Source: Histomonas meleagridis 2922-C6/04-290x (Eukaryota > Protista > Parabasalia). From it: DNA of 64,000 nucleotides. Position numbers and translations under genes: made by a program. Where the stretch lies: positions 124,001 through 188,000 of the forward strand of contig JAANOX010000224.1 of the NCBI GenBank assembly GCA_020184695.1, given 5' to 3'. Positions 10,993 to 21,471 of this stretch are shown here, piece after piece. Position 1 is the first letter of the stretch; each line of letters begins with the position of its first letter. The notes under the pieces are model-generated. The model searched no databases and had not been told where the DNA came from. It worked only from the letters and a program-made list of their open reading frames with translations.

Positions 10993-12876
10993 TTACTTTG
11001 TTTCTTCAGGTCTTAAAAATTGCACCAATTTCAAATATATTTCCAATGAGTCAACATTTACATGTTTTCCTCTTGCAATATTTGCAATATATTCCAAATC
11101 GACCTTAAGCTTTGCTTTTACGCCTTCAATGTTAAACAAATTAGATTTCACACCTTCAAAGTCCACACTTGAAGACTTATTCTTTCGAAACACAAGTAAT
11201 TTATCCAAATCAGTTTTGATTGAAGTCAACAAAGTCTCAGATAACTGATAGAAATTTTCAAATAATGCCTTCACAATTTGTGTTAGCATTTCTTCATTTG
11301 CAATCTTAGACCCTTCTTTCGAAGCCCATTCGATATAAGGTGAAAGTGCAGCAACAGCATTCGGCGACGGTTTTAATTTCGTTGAATTTTGAACGCTTGT
11401 GCCGTTCATATTTGAAATGTATTGAATCTTTGCTATACAATTTTGAATGAGGTCTTGAGTGATTTCACTCTTTAATGAATTCGAAGTTTCTTCTAATGAT
11501 TTAATGGGAATTTCCATTACTTTTAACAAGTGCAATGGTGTATATTTGGTTAGAAATTGTTGGATATTATGTAAATCATATGAAAATAATGGTTTCATTT
11601 GTTTTGATGAATTAATAGTTGCAAATCGACTTAATGATGATATTAATTTCATCGAAACAATCGCAAAATCTTTACTTTGTTCTATTACAAATTTATCTTC
11701 ATGAAAAATTTCTTTGTAAAAGCGAACAAAGTTCGGTGAAATTGACAGCGCAAAATTATCGTCATCAATTTGCTTGAGTGGAGCAGTAAAAAGAGATTCA
11801 GCATCATTACAGAGCTTGTTAGATATGAGCTGACCATATATGTCAAGACGGAGTTTGGTAAAGATGCTTTTTGATCGATTACAATTTAGAATTTCTTGAG
11901 TAGCTTCATCAGAACGACATAGTGACTCACACAATGAAAAAAATTTGTTGAGGAGAACGTAGCACTGAAATTGTTCAGTTATATTTCCGATTGGAAAAGT
12001 TATTTGAAGCTCAAGCCATTGAGTGACAAGTGGCCAAAACGAGTAGAAAAGAAAATCGAATGAGGATGGTGATGATTCTATGATAAACAATAGGTCATTT
12101 TCCTTTGTTTGAAGATATTCAATAATTTTCGGCAAAACAAGACTGGCATTACTAGTTGACTTAGAGCTAGCACCGTTCAATGTGTTGATAAGAGGTGAAA
12201 GAAAATTGTTTGAAAATGATGAATAAACAATGTCTTGAATTCCCATAAGAGTTATTGCATGGAAGAGAAGGGTAAGTTCATCTTTTGAGCGTGATTTAAT
12301 GCTTTCAGTAAACCTGTTTAAAAGAGTTTCGCAAAAAAATCCATTGAGTCTATCATATTCTGATTCGATTGGTTTTCTTTCAGATGGTTGATCAAGGCCA
12401 ATAATTTTTGCCTTAACATAAGAAAAAGCAATAGATATGTCTATGAAGTTGAAAGTGTTCAATTCTTTTGAATTGAGTAATGTTTCAATTGATTGAAGAT
12501 ATTCAATTGATTCTAATGCAAGCGAGCATATAGAATATTCATAACGAATACTGTGAAGTTTGTCTGTTTGCGCTTTTAGTGGTTGCATTGATTCTTGAAG
12601 ATTTTGTGATGCTTTTTCGATTGCCTTTTCTGTTGATCCTAATAATTTTAATAATCCACTCATAGAATCACCAAGTTGAATTAGTTGCTTTGATATTGAA
12701 ACGAATTCTGTGTAATCATCATGAATGATTGTTGTTAACTTTCCTTTTAAAATTTCTGTAAAAGAATCCAGAGCTTTGTAAAATGCCTGCAAGTTATCAA
12801 AGTTATTTTTGTATTTCTCAAGGAAATCTTCGGGACTTTTCCAGTGAGGCTCGAGAAAGTCCGATATTTTCCACAT
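10993..12876 (-). CDS. COG2: Conserved oligomeric Golgi complex subunit 2
   Basis: N-terminal LKGKLTTIIHDDYTEFVSIS fits the COG2 motif L..LIN.DY.DF..LS. FWPLV and RLDIYGQL resemble the COG2 C-terminal region. Confidence 0.7.
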   Translation of the reverse strand: MWKISDFLEPHWKSPEDFLEKYKNNFDNLQAFYKALDSFTEILKGKLTTIIHDDYTEFVSISKQLIQLGDSMSGLLKLLGSTEKAIEKASQNLQESMQPLKAQTDKLHSIRYEYSICSLALESIEYLQSIETLLNSKELNTFNFIDISIAFSYVKAKIIGLDQPSERKPIESEYDRLNGFFCETLLNRFTESIKSRSKDELTLLFHAITLMGIQDIVYSSFSNNFLSPLINTLNGASSKSTSNASLVLPKIIEYLQTKENDLLFIIESSPSSFDFLFYSFWPLVTQWLELQITFPIGNITEQFQCYVLLNKFFSLCESLCRSDEATQEILNCNRSKSIFTKLRLDIYGQLISNKLCNDAESLFTAPLKQIDDDNFALSISPNFVRFYKEIFHEDKFVIEQSKDFAIVSMKLISSLSRFATINSSKQMKPLFSYDLHNIQQFLTKYTPLHLLKVMEIPIKSLEETSNSLKSEITQDLIQNCIAKIQYISNMNGTSVQNSTKLKPSPNAVAALSPYIEWASKEGSKIANEEMLTQIVKALFENFYQLSETLLTSIKTDLDKLLVFRKNKSSSVDFEGVKSNLFNIEGVKAKLKVDLEYIANIARGKHVNVDSLEIYLKLVQFLRPEETK

Positions 12877-13008
12877 TTCCTCAAGCCGAAAAGTGACATG
12901 ACGAGATGGCTAAAGCCGTTTAATAATAAACAAGCAAAGCACGATGGAACGATACGCTCAAAACTTTTGTCAATTTTCCTTGGAAAAAGTTTCTCTAAGA
13001 AAGAGATC

Positions 13009-15264
13009 ATGATTTCCAAGGCAGAACGTGATCACCCTTCAAGCAAATGGGCACAAACATTTATATTACTTGATGAAATAATTTTCAACTTGGATGCAGA
13101 TAATATTATAGAATCTGTTGAAAAAACAATAAATCTTTTCTACGATGATATTTTATATTGCTTCGATATTACAATTGCAAAATTAATTTATTTATCATTT
13201 CTTTCACAAATAAAAAATTTTAATATCTACTTCAATTATATTAAAATAATTGAAACTAAAGAAAAAGAAATAAATAAAATTAATAATCGAATAGTTAATG
13301 TATTTTCACGTTTTCTTCTTTGTTTAGACACTCCAAGAATCTTATTTTCTACTTGATAAAATGATTGAATTTCATTTAATTTCAAAATTTGTTATTCAGA
13401 ATAAAAAAACTTTTTATTTTTCGCATTATATGTTAACTGTAATACCAAATGATTCAAATGATATTCCATTTTCTGAATATTTTCATAAAAATTATGAAGA
13501 GCTTTCAAAGAATGATTGGGAACTTTATAAGAAATTAATTAAAGAAGGAGTTAATCCAAATGAACTCGCGAAAATCATTCGAAATGATGAAATAGAAAAA
13601 CTTCAAGAAATATCATCACAAAATGATTTTGACTTTATTCAAACAATTGAGCCATCACTTTATGAAAGATGTTCATTCATTAATGAAGAAAATGTTACGT
13701 TAATTGATTATGCAGCATTTTTTGGATCAGTTAAATGTTTTAAATTTTTACTTATGAATGAAGCAAACATAAATAATACAGGCAAATATGCAGTTGAAGG
13801 TGGAAATCTTGAAATCATTCATTTATGTGAACAAAATCATTCAACATTTGAAGGTGCATTTGAAGCAGCAGTTAAATTTCATCGAAATGATGTCTTTAAA
13901 TATATTTATGAGAATAAAATTGTTGAATATTCCTTCGAAAAGGTTGTCGATTTGGTTTTGTTTCCAACCAATGTGTGCATAAACATTAAAATATTACTCT
14001 TTTTCTTAGAAAACATTGAAATTGATGTTAATTATAAAAATGATTCAAATATACTTTCCGATTTTATTTACAAAATTTTATATTCCAAAATAATCATTGG
14101 AATTTAATTAAATTATTTAAGACTGCACTTATTTATGCATGTGAACAAGGTTACATAGAATTGGTTAAATTATTTCTTGAACAAGAAGGAATTGATATTA
14201 ATGTTCAAGATATTTATTTGATATATTTAAATTATATCAAAAAAATTTAGAATTTCAAAATAATACCTGGAAATTATTTAAATTATTTGATACAGCACTT
14301 ATGAAAGCATCTAAAAGTGATTACTTAGAGGTAGTTGAATTACTTCTTGAAAAAGTATCAATTGATATTAATGCTCAAGATATTTTGTTGTTTTATTTTA
14401 TGTATTTTTTAATAATTTTGGATTTCATTATAATATTTGGAAATTATTTAAATTATTTAATACAGCGCTTATGTTTGCATCTGAAAAAGGTTATACAAAT
14501 ATTACTAACTTGCTTATTGAACAAGGAAACATCAATACAAAAAATGCTTATTTTTTCTGTTTATAATTTCTATTGATTATTTTATGTTTATAAATAATAT
14601 TTGAAGATTAATCTAAATATTTAAAACAGCACTTATTCTTGCTTCTGAAAATGGTCAAATAGAAATAGTTAAATTACTTCTTGAACAAGAAGGAATTGAT
14701 ATTAATGCTAAAGACATTTATTTGTTTTATTTAGAATTTATTTTAATAATTTGGAAATTCAAAATAATATTTGGAAATTATTTAAATTATTTAGTACAGC
14801 ACTTATAGAAGCATCTAAAAATGGCAATACAGAAATTGCTAAACTACTTCTTGAACAAGAAGGAATTGATATTAATGCTAAAGACATTTATTTGTTTTAT
14901 TTGATATTTATTTTAATAATTTTTGATTTCAAAATAATATTTGAAAATTATTTAAATTATTTAGAACATCACTTATGCATGCATCTTTAAATGACAACAT
15001 AGAAATAGTTAAATTACTTCTTGAACAAGAAGGAATTGATGTTAATGCTAAAGATATTTATATGTTTTATTCGAAATTTATTTTAATAATTTGATATTTC
15101 AAAATAATATTTGGAAATTATTCAACAAATTTAGAACCGCATATACTTTGGCATGTACATTTCATCACGAAGAAATAGTTAAAATATGGGAATCACCTTA
15201 TTACTCCTTGTTAAGAGGGAAAATATTTTTAATAAAATCGGAAATGAATAAACAGTGTTTATAA
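13009..15264 (+). other. Spacer-interrupted ankyrin locus B (DUF3447-type N-terminus plus 7 repeats separated by 80-nt spacers)
   Basis: ATG at 13009, +1 frameshift near 13335, DUF3447-like LIDYAAFFGSVKCFKFLL. Repeats start at 14122, 14292, 14462, 14626, 14796, 14966 and 15136, each preceded by exactly 80 nt. TAA at 15262-15264. Confidence 0.9.
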
Positions 15265-15867
15265 ACAGTCTCTTTCAGTTCTTTTCATCGTGGTGTGTTA
15301 CTCTCTCAATTCTGAAGAACAGTATTCTTCTTTCCACATATTAAAAAAAATTAAATGAATAGAGTAACGCATAGAAAAACAGTTAAATTAGTTCTTTTAC
15401 ATGTTTATTATCGATAATAAAACTCTGCATAAAATATATAAATTTACATTCCATTGTCAAAAATTTGATCAATTTTACATAAAGTTGAAAAAGATATTGC
15501 TGTGAACTGCCTTTAAATATAGCAAAAAATTTAGTTACTCATGAAACAAAAACTATTGATATCAACACCTTCTTTATAGAGCTTATTAATGACTTGACGC
15601 TTAATGCATCATATAAAATATAATTTATTTTTAATGTACATTGACATTGTTAATAACCATGGTTAATAAGTAATATAAGATATATTTTAAAACGCGACCA
15701 CAGTTTGATTCAGAAACAACATTTTTTTGCTTGCGTTTTAATTATTTTGGTTTAATTGGAAATATGTAAAATTAATTTAAAAATAATTTAAAAAAAAATA
15801 AACTTAGGCTGTTGAAACTAAAGAGATTAGCTTCGGGTAAACAATGATTATTAATAAAAAGGTTTAT

Positions 15868-15999
15868 TCACTTGTTTTGTTTAGATGGTTTTTCAGTATT
15901 ATCTGCTTTCGCTTCAAGGTAATAATTTAAGAAAATAAGCCCGAAGATTGCAGTACCAAGAAAGGTACAAACTGAGTAAAGGGTTTCCATCTGTCCCAT
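15868..15999 (-). CDS. OST4: Oligosaccharyltransferase subunit 4-like micro-protein (43 aa, missed by the ORF track)
   Basis: MGQMETLYSVCTFLGTAIFGLIFLNYYLEAKADNTEKPSKQNK fits the OST4 pattern L..F...LG...F.L..LY.Y. Single TM helix. Confidence 0.7.
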   Translation of the reverse strand: MGQMETLYSVCTFLGTAIFGLIFLNYYLEAKADNTEKPSKQNK

Positions 16000-16104
16000 G
16001 ACCAAAAATATCTTGTTGTCACTTTTTGTTTATCTCAATGCAATTTTATAAGAGGAAAAAAAATAAAATAAACATATATATAAAGATTTATTTATGCTAA
16101 ATTT

Positions 16105-19100
16105 TCATGACAACTTATCCAAAATTTTTGAAGCTTCATTTGCTAAGCTTTTACCATTTGGAGAAAATTTATGTGACAAATTTCCAATTAATGGTAAAAT
16201 TTCATATAATTTATTATTTTTCGCAATTTCCAAAGCATCTTCAAATTGTTCATTTTGGATCAACAGCAAACATTTTAAGTGTTTATCATTTACACATTGT
16301 TCAATTAACAATGTGACCAAATCATTTTCAGCATGAACATATTTTAGCCTCACCAAAACCATATTTATAATCTTAGCAAAAATATCATTTGGTGCTTTTT
16401 CTTCCAAATTTTTCAGAAATATTTTTAATTTTCCCAAATCGTCAGCTACAAAAGTATCCGTCAAATTCTTCGAAATATTTAACAAGTCAAGACTACATTT
16501 CTTTATTATTTCCAAAGCCAAATCGATTTGATTACCGATTAACAAATAATTTATCATTGATTCGGCCTTTTTTTCACCTTCGAATAATGTCAAATCCAAA
16601 GAAATATCATTTTTCACACAATAATCACAAAATTTCATTTGCAAAGGTATTATTTTTAAATATTTCAAAACAGTATCTTTTTCATATTTATATTTTCGAT
16701 TCATATTTCCTTCTTCAATGTTTCTTATATGAGCTTTCGCAGAGTTCATTGCGAATTCGAGATATTTTTGTCTAATTCGAGGATTTTTATTTGATTTAAA
16801 TAATTCAAGTGCAGAAAACAATGCCTCATCAGTACGATCCAAAAACATTTCGATTTCATACTTTAATAATATTAATGATTTCTCATTTGATAATTTTAAT
16901 ATTTTTTCTAAGAATGATCCGAAAATTATTAAATTTTCGTCAACTTTCTTTAATCTAAATTGTAATCTCTTTAAGAAATTATATGAAATAGCAGTAAGAA
17001 AAATAGAATTGAAAAATATATCCCATCTTTCTTGTAATGTTTCAACTTTATTAAAATATTTTAATGCTTTTTCAAAGTTACCACATGATGAATAATATGA
17101 TATCATCTTAAACAAAGGCGAATAATTTTTCAAATAATATTTTAACAATTGGAAGTTATCAACTGATTGGAAAAGAGTTGTAGAATCAACAATAGCTTTA
17201 ATTCTTTTATAAAAATAACACGTAGAATTATTATTATTATTACTATTCATGATTAAATTACTTGGATCATAGGATAAAACTTCATTTTTATCATTATCAT
17301 CAAAACTAAGTTTTTGTACATTCGATTGAAATGATAAAATTTGATTTTTGTTTTGTTTCTTTTTACGTGGTGAAAATGAAAACACATTAAAGTCTTCAAG
17401 TGTAATTTCTTCTTCTTGTTTTTCCTCATAAAATTCCGGTAAAAATTGTTCGATATCTAAATTAATTATATTCGAAAGAGTCGGATCGAAAAATTGAATA
17501 TGCGTGAAACAATTAATATATCTTTGTACAATGTTAATAGTGTTTTGTGATTTCTTATTTTTCCTATTTTCACAAAAATCATTATTAACACCAATTTTAA
17601 AACATTTAAGTGAATACTCATCATTTAAATCGGGACATTTAACTTTCCAAATATTCGAAATCTTTTTAGCTAAATCTAAGTTATCATAATCATAACAAAT
17701 TTTTATTAATTCTTTTCCTAATTCATTTGTATTAAAGTTATCAAATTTATAATTAACTTTATATTTAGTATTAAAAAAACAATTTATAAATTCATTTAAT
17801 ATTTGAGAATATGAAACAATTTGTGAAAGACTATTAAATATTTGTGATTTGATTTGATATTTTTCTTTTAATTGGAAACATTCAGTTAAACCAAAGATTA
17901 TTTTCGGCAATTGTATACTTGCTAAATATTCAGATGAATGATCAATTATATTAATTTGATCAATTTTCGTATATAAATCTTTAAAAACTAAATTTAATAT
18001 TTCATTTGGATTCCTCATAATTGGTAAATATGTTTTTAATGACTTAATTATATATTGTATATCTAATTCAGTAGAATCATTTAATTTAGGTATTATTAAT
18101 GATATAATTTCTTTATCGATATTAATGTTCTCGAATTTATTAAGTAATTTTTGGATTGTTTCAATATCATTAATATTCTCAAGAATTGTCGAGTTTTGTG
18201 TTTGACTTATTACCCAATTCTTAGGTATATAATCAAAGAAATCATTTGTTTTTTCATTGATTTTATATTTAGCAGGTATCGATTCTAATATTTCATTCTT
18301 TAAAAAAGGTGCAACATTTAATAATTCAGTAATTGATTTATTTGCTTTTAATAAATTTAATGCTTCTTCTCTAATAACATGTGAAATATCGAATTTATAT
18401 TTATAATATTCACATAATTTAGTCGCAAGAGAATATTCATTTTTACTTAATAAAAATGATAATGCATTCTTTAAAGGAAATGGATTTACTCCAAGTTTTG
18501 ATATTTTTACTAATAAAAATACTGTTTCATATAAATCATTATTACATATTTCAAGAATTTTAAGTAATTCTTCTAAATTAAGTTCGGAAATTATAGGTTC
18601 AATGATCTCTTTGGTGTCTTTAGAAGATATCCGTAATATTAAATTTATTAATAAATCTGTTGGTAATGGTTCAAATGTAAATAATTTACGAATACAAGTA
18701 CATATAAAACGTTTTGAAGGCCCATTTTGAAGTTTATTATCAAGTTCAATAATAACCTTTTCGATTTGTTCAGGTTCTAAAATCGAAATATTATATAAAC
18801 TTTCTGGGATAATATTTGTAAAATTGTTTTCATTATTTTGATTTTCTTTATTAATTTTCGAATATTTTTGAAGAATCAATGAATAGTTTTCATTTAATTC
18901 TTCTGACTTTGATAATTGAAATGCTATTTTAACAATAGGCAAATCATTTAAATATGATAAAACTTCATTAGAATCAGTTCCAAATTGTAAAATAGCTTCA
19001 ATTAAATCGAAATTGAAATATGAACATAATTTTTTAGCTGAATCTAATGCATTATTTTCTAAAAGTTTCGAAATTAATAAATTCGGTGGAATATTTAATA

Positions 19101-21024
19101 TTTCATATAAATTATTTCCAATTTTTTTAATTGGTAAAGTTACTGAAAAAATTGAATTTAAATATTCGAAAAATGAATTAATTAAATTTGCATTTGAAAT
19201 TTTTGGTAATTCTTTCCATTCATTTGCATTTAATCTCGAAAGTTTTAATATATAAAGAGAAATATCTTCTTTCTTAATGACATCCATATTATCATTATTT
19301 TTACGTAATTCGAATAATTTTTCGGTAATTTCACTTATTGGCTTTTGAATTAATTCATTATAATTATTAAATGAAAAATATATTTCTTCTTTAACAAGAT
19401 CATTATTAGGCACAATATTATTTAATCTAAATTGATTCATTTTCTTTAATTTCATATAATGTACATTATTTTGTGCTTTCTCTGATATAATTTGATCAGC
19501 AATATCAAATTCACCTGCTTCAATAGCTTTTTTATATAATAAATCTTTAGATTGTAAAATAATATTTATATTTTGTGAATCTGATAAAACGCATGAAATT
19601 TGAAGCTTTTTTACTGACTCTTTAAGTTTTTCTTGTAATTTAACATCTTCTGAATATGATAATAATAAAGGAATTAATGCTTCGACAACATTAGTTTTAC
19701 TAATAAATTCATTTTCATTAATTTTAGTAATAAAAATTAATGAGAAAATATCAATTGTAAGTTTATTTAATGTGTTTTTGTCTTTGATTAAATTTAATAA
19801 ATATTCGATTTTTTCAATTATTTTTGGATCATTTTCATCAGATGTTAATAATTGAAGTGAATAACATAACGTAAAATAATAATTAATAAAGTCTTTATCA
19901 ATAAGAAGTTCTTTATCATCAATTGAAATGATTGATATGTTTTGTATTGATTCAAATGGTATATAATCAAATGTATCGAAAAAATATTTCATTTGTTTCG
20001 GTAATGATTCTTTAATTAAGTCTTCTGATGTTTTACAAATTCCTGTTAAGTTCTTTAAATGATTTAATAGTTCATTTTCATTGGAAATTCGATTAATAAA
20101 ATCATTCGCAATGGATTTCGATTTTGGTAATAACTGTGAAATGTTTAATATCCATGATGAATAATTCATAAAATCATCCTTTAAATGACTGAGAATTGCA
20201 AAGCCTTGGAGATCAGGGAAAAGCGCTAACGATTGAAGCGCTGTTTCAATGTCTGTTTCGAATTTTTCGAAAAATGATTGAAATGCAACATCAAGAAAAT
20301 GTGTATGTTCAATGGCAGATGTATTGAATAATGAAGCAAGTCTGCTATTACCGCCAAAGAATGATACTTTTGGAAACTTATATTTCACAAAAAAGTTGTT
20401 TTGAAGCTTGACACCATAATCTTTAAGTTTATAAAAATTTGGTATTTGACATAATTGTTCGATATCAACATGCTCGTTGATCGAAATGTGTTCGTATGGA
20501 AATACATTTGTCATTGAAATTCCATATTTCTCATAAAATTTTGCTAAGATTTTGTCATTGAGTCTAAACTTGATGTATCTACTGAAAGCCATAAAGAGAC
20601 CTTGAGATTTTAAAAACATTGAAATAAGAGCTTCCCCTTCTTTGATAAAATCTCTGGAATAATAATCAGGATTATTTAAAAATCTTAAAATAGGTTCAAA
20701 AGAACTTATCTTAAATTGGGAGGTATAGTGTATTAAATATTGTAATTCATTAAAATTATCTGAATTTAAATTATTAAATTTTAATAAGCAATAACATAAC
20801 CAGTTTAAATCATAATTTGAAAATTTCCTTGTTTTTGTTAATATTTTAAATGGTGGCTTTGAAGAAACTAAAGAATTTAAAATTAATTGACTAGATTTTG
20901 GATCAAGTGATGAAACAAAAAATTGTGAACAAATTGGATTCATTGAGCATAATTGTCGAATTAACATTACTTCTTTCTCCGTATTTTGGAGCTTTAGATA
21001 TGAAAACTCTCCTTTTTGTTTCAT
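16105..21024 (-). CDS. Spastizin/ZFYVE26 (SPG15)-like large helical protein
   Basis: C-terminal blocks YYLKNYS...MISYY, IFFNSIF, VDENL..FGSFL, LLKYEIEMFL and PLQMKF...TLF follow the order of the spastizin C-terminal region as I recall it. 1639 aa. Confidence 0.65.
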   Translation of the reverse strand: MKQKGEFSYLKLQNTEKEVMLIRQLCSMNPICSQFFVSSLDPKSSQLILNSLVSSKPPFKILTKTRKFSNYDLNWLCYCLLKFNNLNSDNFNELQYLIHYTSQFKISSFEPILRFLNNPDYYSRDFIKEGEALISMFLKSQGLFMAFSRYIKFRLNDKILAKFYEKYGISMTNVFPYEHISINEHVDIEQLCQIPNFYKLKDYGVKLQNNFFVKYKFPKVSFFGGNSRLASLFNTSAIEHTHFLDVAFQSFFEKFETDIETALQSLALFPDLQGFAILSHLKDDFMNYSSWILNISQLLPKSKSIANDFINRISNENELLNHLKNLTGICKTSEDLIKESLPKQMKYFFDTFDYIPFESIQNISIISIDDKELLIDKDFINYYFTLCYSLQLLTSDENDPKIIEKIEYLLNLIKDKNTLNKLTIDIFSLIFITKINENEFISKTNVVEALIPLLLSYSEDVKLQEKLKESVKKLQISCVLSDSQNINIILQSKDLLYKKAIEAGEFDIADQIISEKAQNNVHYMKLKKMNQFRLNNIVPNNDLVKEEIYFSFNNYNELIQKPISEITEKLFELRKNNDNMDVIKKEDISLYILKLSRLNANEWKELPKISNANLINSFFEYLNSIFSVTLPIKKIGNNLYEILNIPPNLLISKLLENNALDSAKKLCSYFNFDLIEAILQFGTDSNEVLSYLNDLPIVKIAFQLSKSEELNENYSLILQKYSKINKENQNNENNFTNIIPESLYNISILEPEQIEKVIIELDNKLQNGPSKRFICTCIRKLFTFEPLPTDLLINLILRISSKDTKEIIEPIISELNLEELLKILEICNNDLYETVFLLVKISKLGVNPFPLKNALSFLLSKNEYSLATKLCEYYKYKFDISHVIREEALNLLKANKSITELLNVAPFLKNEILESIPAKYKINEKTNDFFDYIPKNWVISQTQNSTILENINDIETIQKLLNKFENINIDKEIISLIIPKLNDSTELDIQYIIKSLKTYLPIMRNPNEILNLVFKDLYTKIDQINIIDHSSEYLASIQLPKIIFGLTECFQLKEKYQIKSQIFNSLSQIVSYSQILNEFINCFFNTKYKVNYKFDNFNTNELGKELIKICYDYDNLDLAKKISNIWKVKCPDLNDEYSLKCFKIGVNNDFCENRKNKKSQNTINIVQRYINCFTHIQFFDPTLSNIINLDIEQFLPEFYEEKQEEEITLEDFNVFSFSPRKKKQNKNQILSFQSNVQKLSFDDNDKNEVLSYDPSNLIMNSNNNNNSTCYFYKRIKAIVDSTTLFQSVDNFQLLKYYLKNYSPLFKMISYYSSCGNFEKALKYFNKVETLQERWDIFFNSIFLTAISYNFLKRLQFRLKKVDENLIIFGSFLEKILKLSNEKSLILLKYEIEMFLDRTDEALFSALELFKSNKNPRIRQKYLEFAMNSAKAHIRNIEEGNMNRKYKYEKDTVLKYLKIIPLQMKFCDYCVKNDISLDLTLFEGEKKAESMINYLLIGNQIDLALEIIKKCSLDLLNISKNLTDTFVADDLGKLKIFLKNLEEKAPNDIFAKIINMVLVRLKYVHAENDLVTLLIEQCVNDKHLKCLLLIQNEQFEDALEIAKNNKLYEILPLIGNLSHKFSPNGKSLANEASKILDKLS

Positions 21025-21201
21025 ATATGGAGTTTGAATGTAAAATATTCAATTACCAACAGCAAATGTACGTTAAAGAGACACAAATAGACAAATTATT
21101 TTACTTAAAGCTCCATACGTAAAGGGGCTTATTCAATTTTAGAGTATGTATCACTTTGTTTAAAAGTATTTGTACTTGCTTTTATGTAGAGATGTTTTGC
21201 T

Positions 21202-21471
21202 TTATTTGCCTGATTTATTGATCGCTGCTACATGAATCCATATTTTTTTATTAATAATATCTTCGATTATTCCTGTGGTTGTTTCAGGAATTTTTTCAAT
21301 AATATCCATTGTAATATTTGTTTCTACTTGATAAATAATCAATATTTTATATAAGATGATGTATCGAGTGGTACCAAAATTTTGTTTCCCTATGACACCA
21401 TTATATTTTTCATTAAAATCTGATTTTATTGGAATTGTCCTATATTTGGAGCATTGGGGGTTAATACACAT
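21202..21471 (-). pseudogene. Fragment resembling the membrane-proximal module of the 45472 surface protein
   Basis: WIHVAAINKSG parallels [12 protein letters not shown] in ORF 45472. Short, no signal peptide or TM. Confidence 0.35.

Noticed and set aside
14546-14625. A single programmed -1 frameshift with the spacer fully translated
   Set aside because: This spacer has an early stop in the upstream frame and late stops in the downstream frame. Other spacers would need incompatible shift positions, and the 60-nt spacers are in frame with TAA TAA.
14042-15135. Ordinary GT-AG spliceosomal introns as the general explanation of the ankyrin spacers
   Set aside because: Only 3 of 21 spacers have GT and AG at in-frame equivalent positions, and none has the parabasalid ACTAAC branch motif next to the 3' end.
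15500-15600. Further ankyrin relic (TAF...TIDIN)
   Set aside because: Needs a frameshift and matches only a few residues.
15810-16000. Structured ncRNA (cttcggg/cccgaag pairing, raised GC)
   Set aside because: No snRNA, RNase P/MRP or SRP motifs in the right order; most of the region is explained by the OST4-like ORF.
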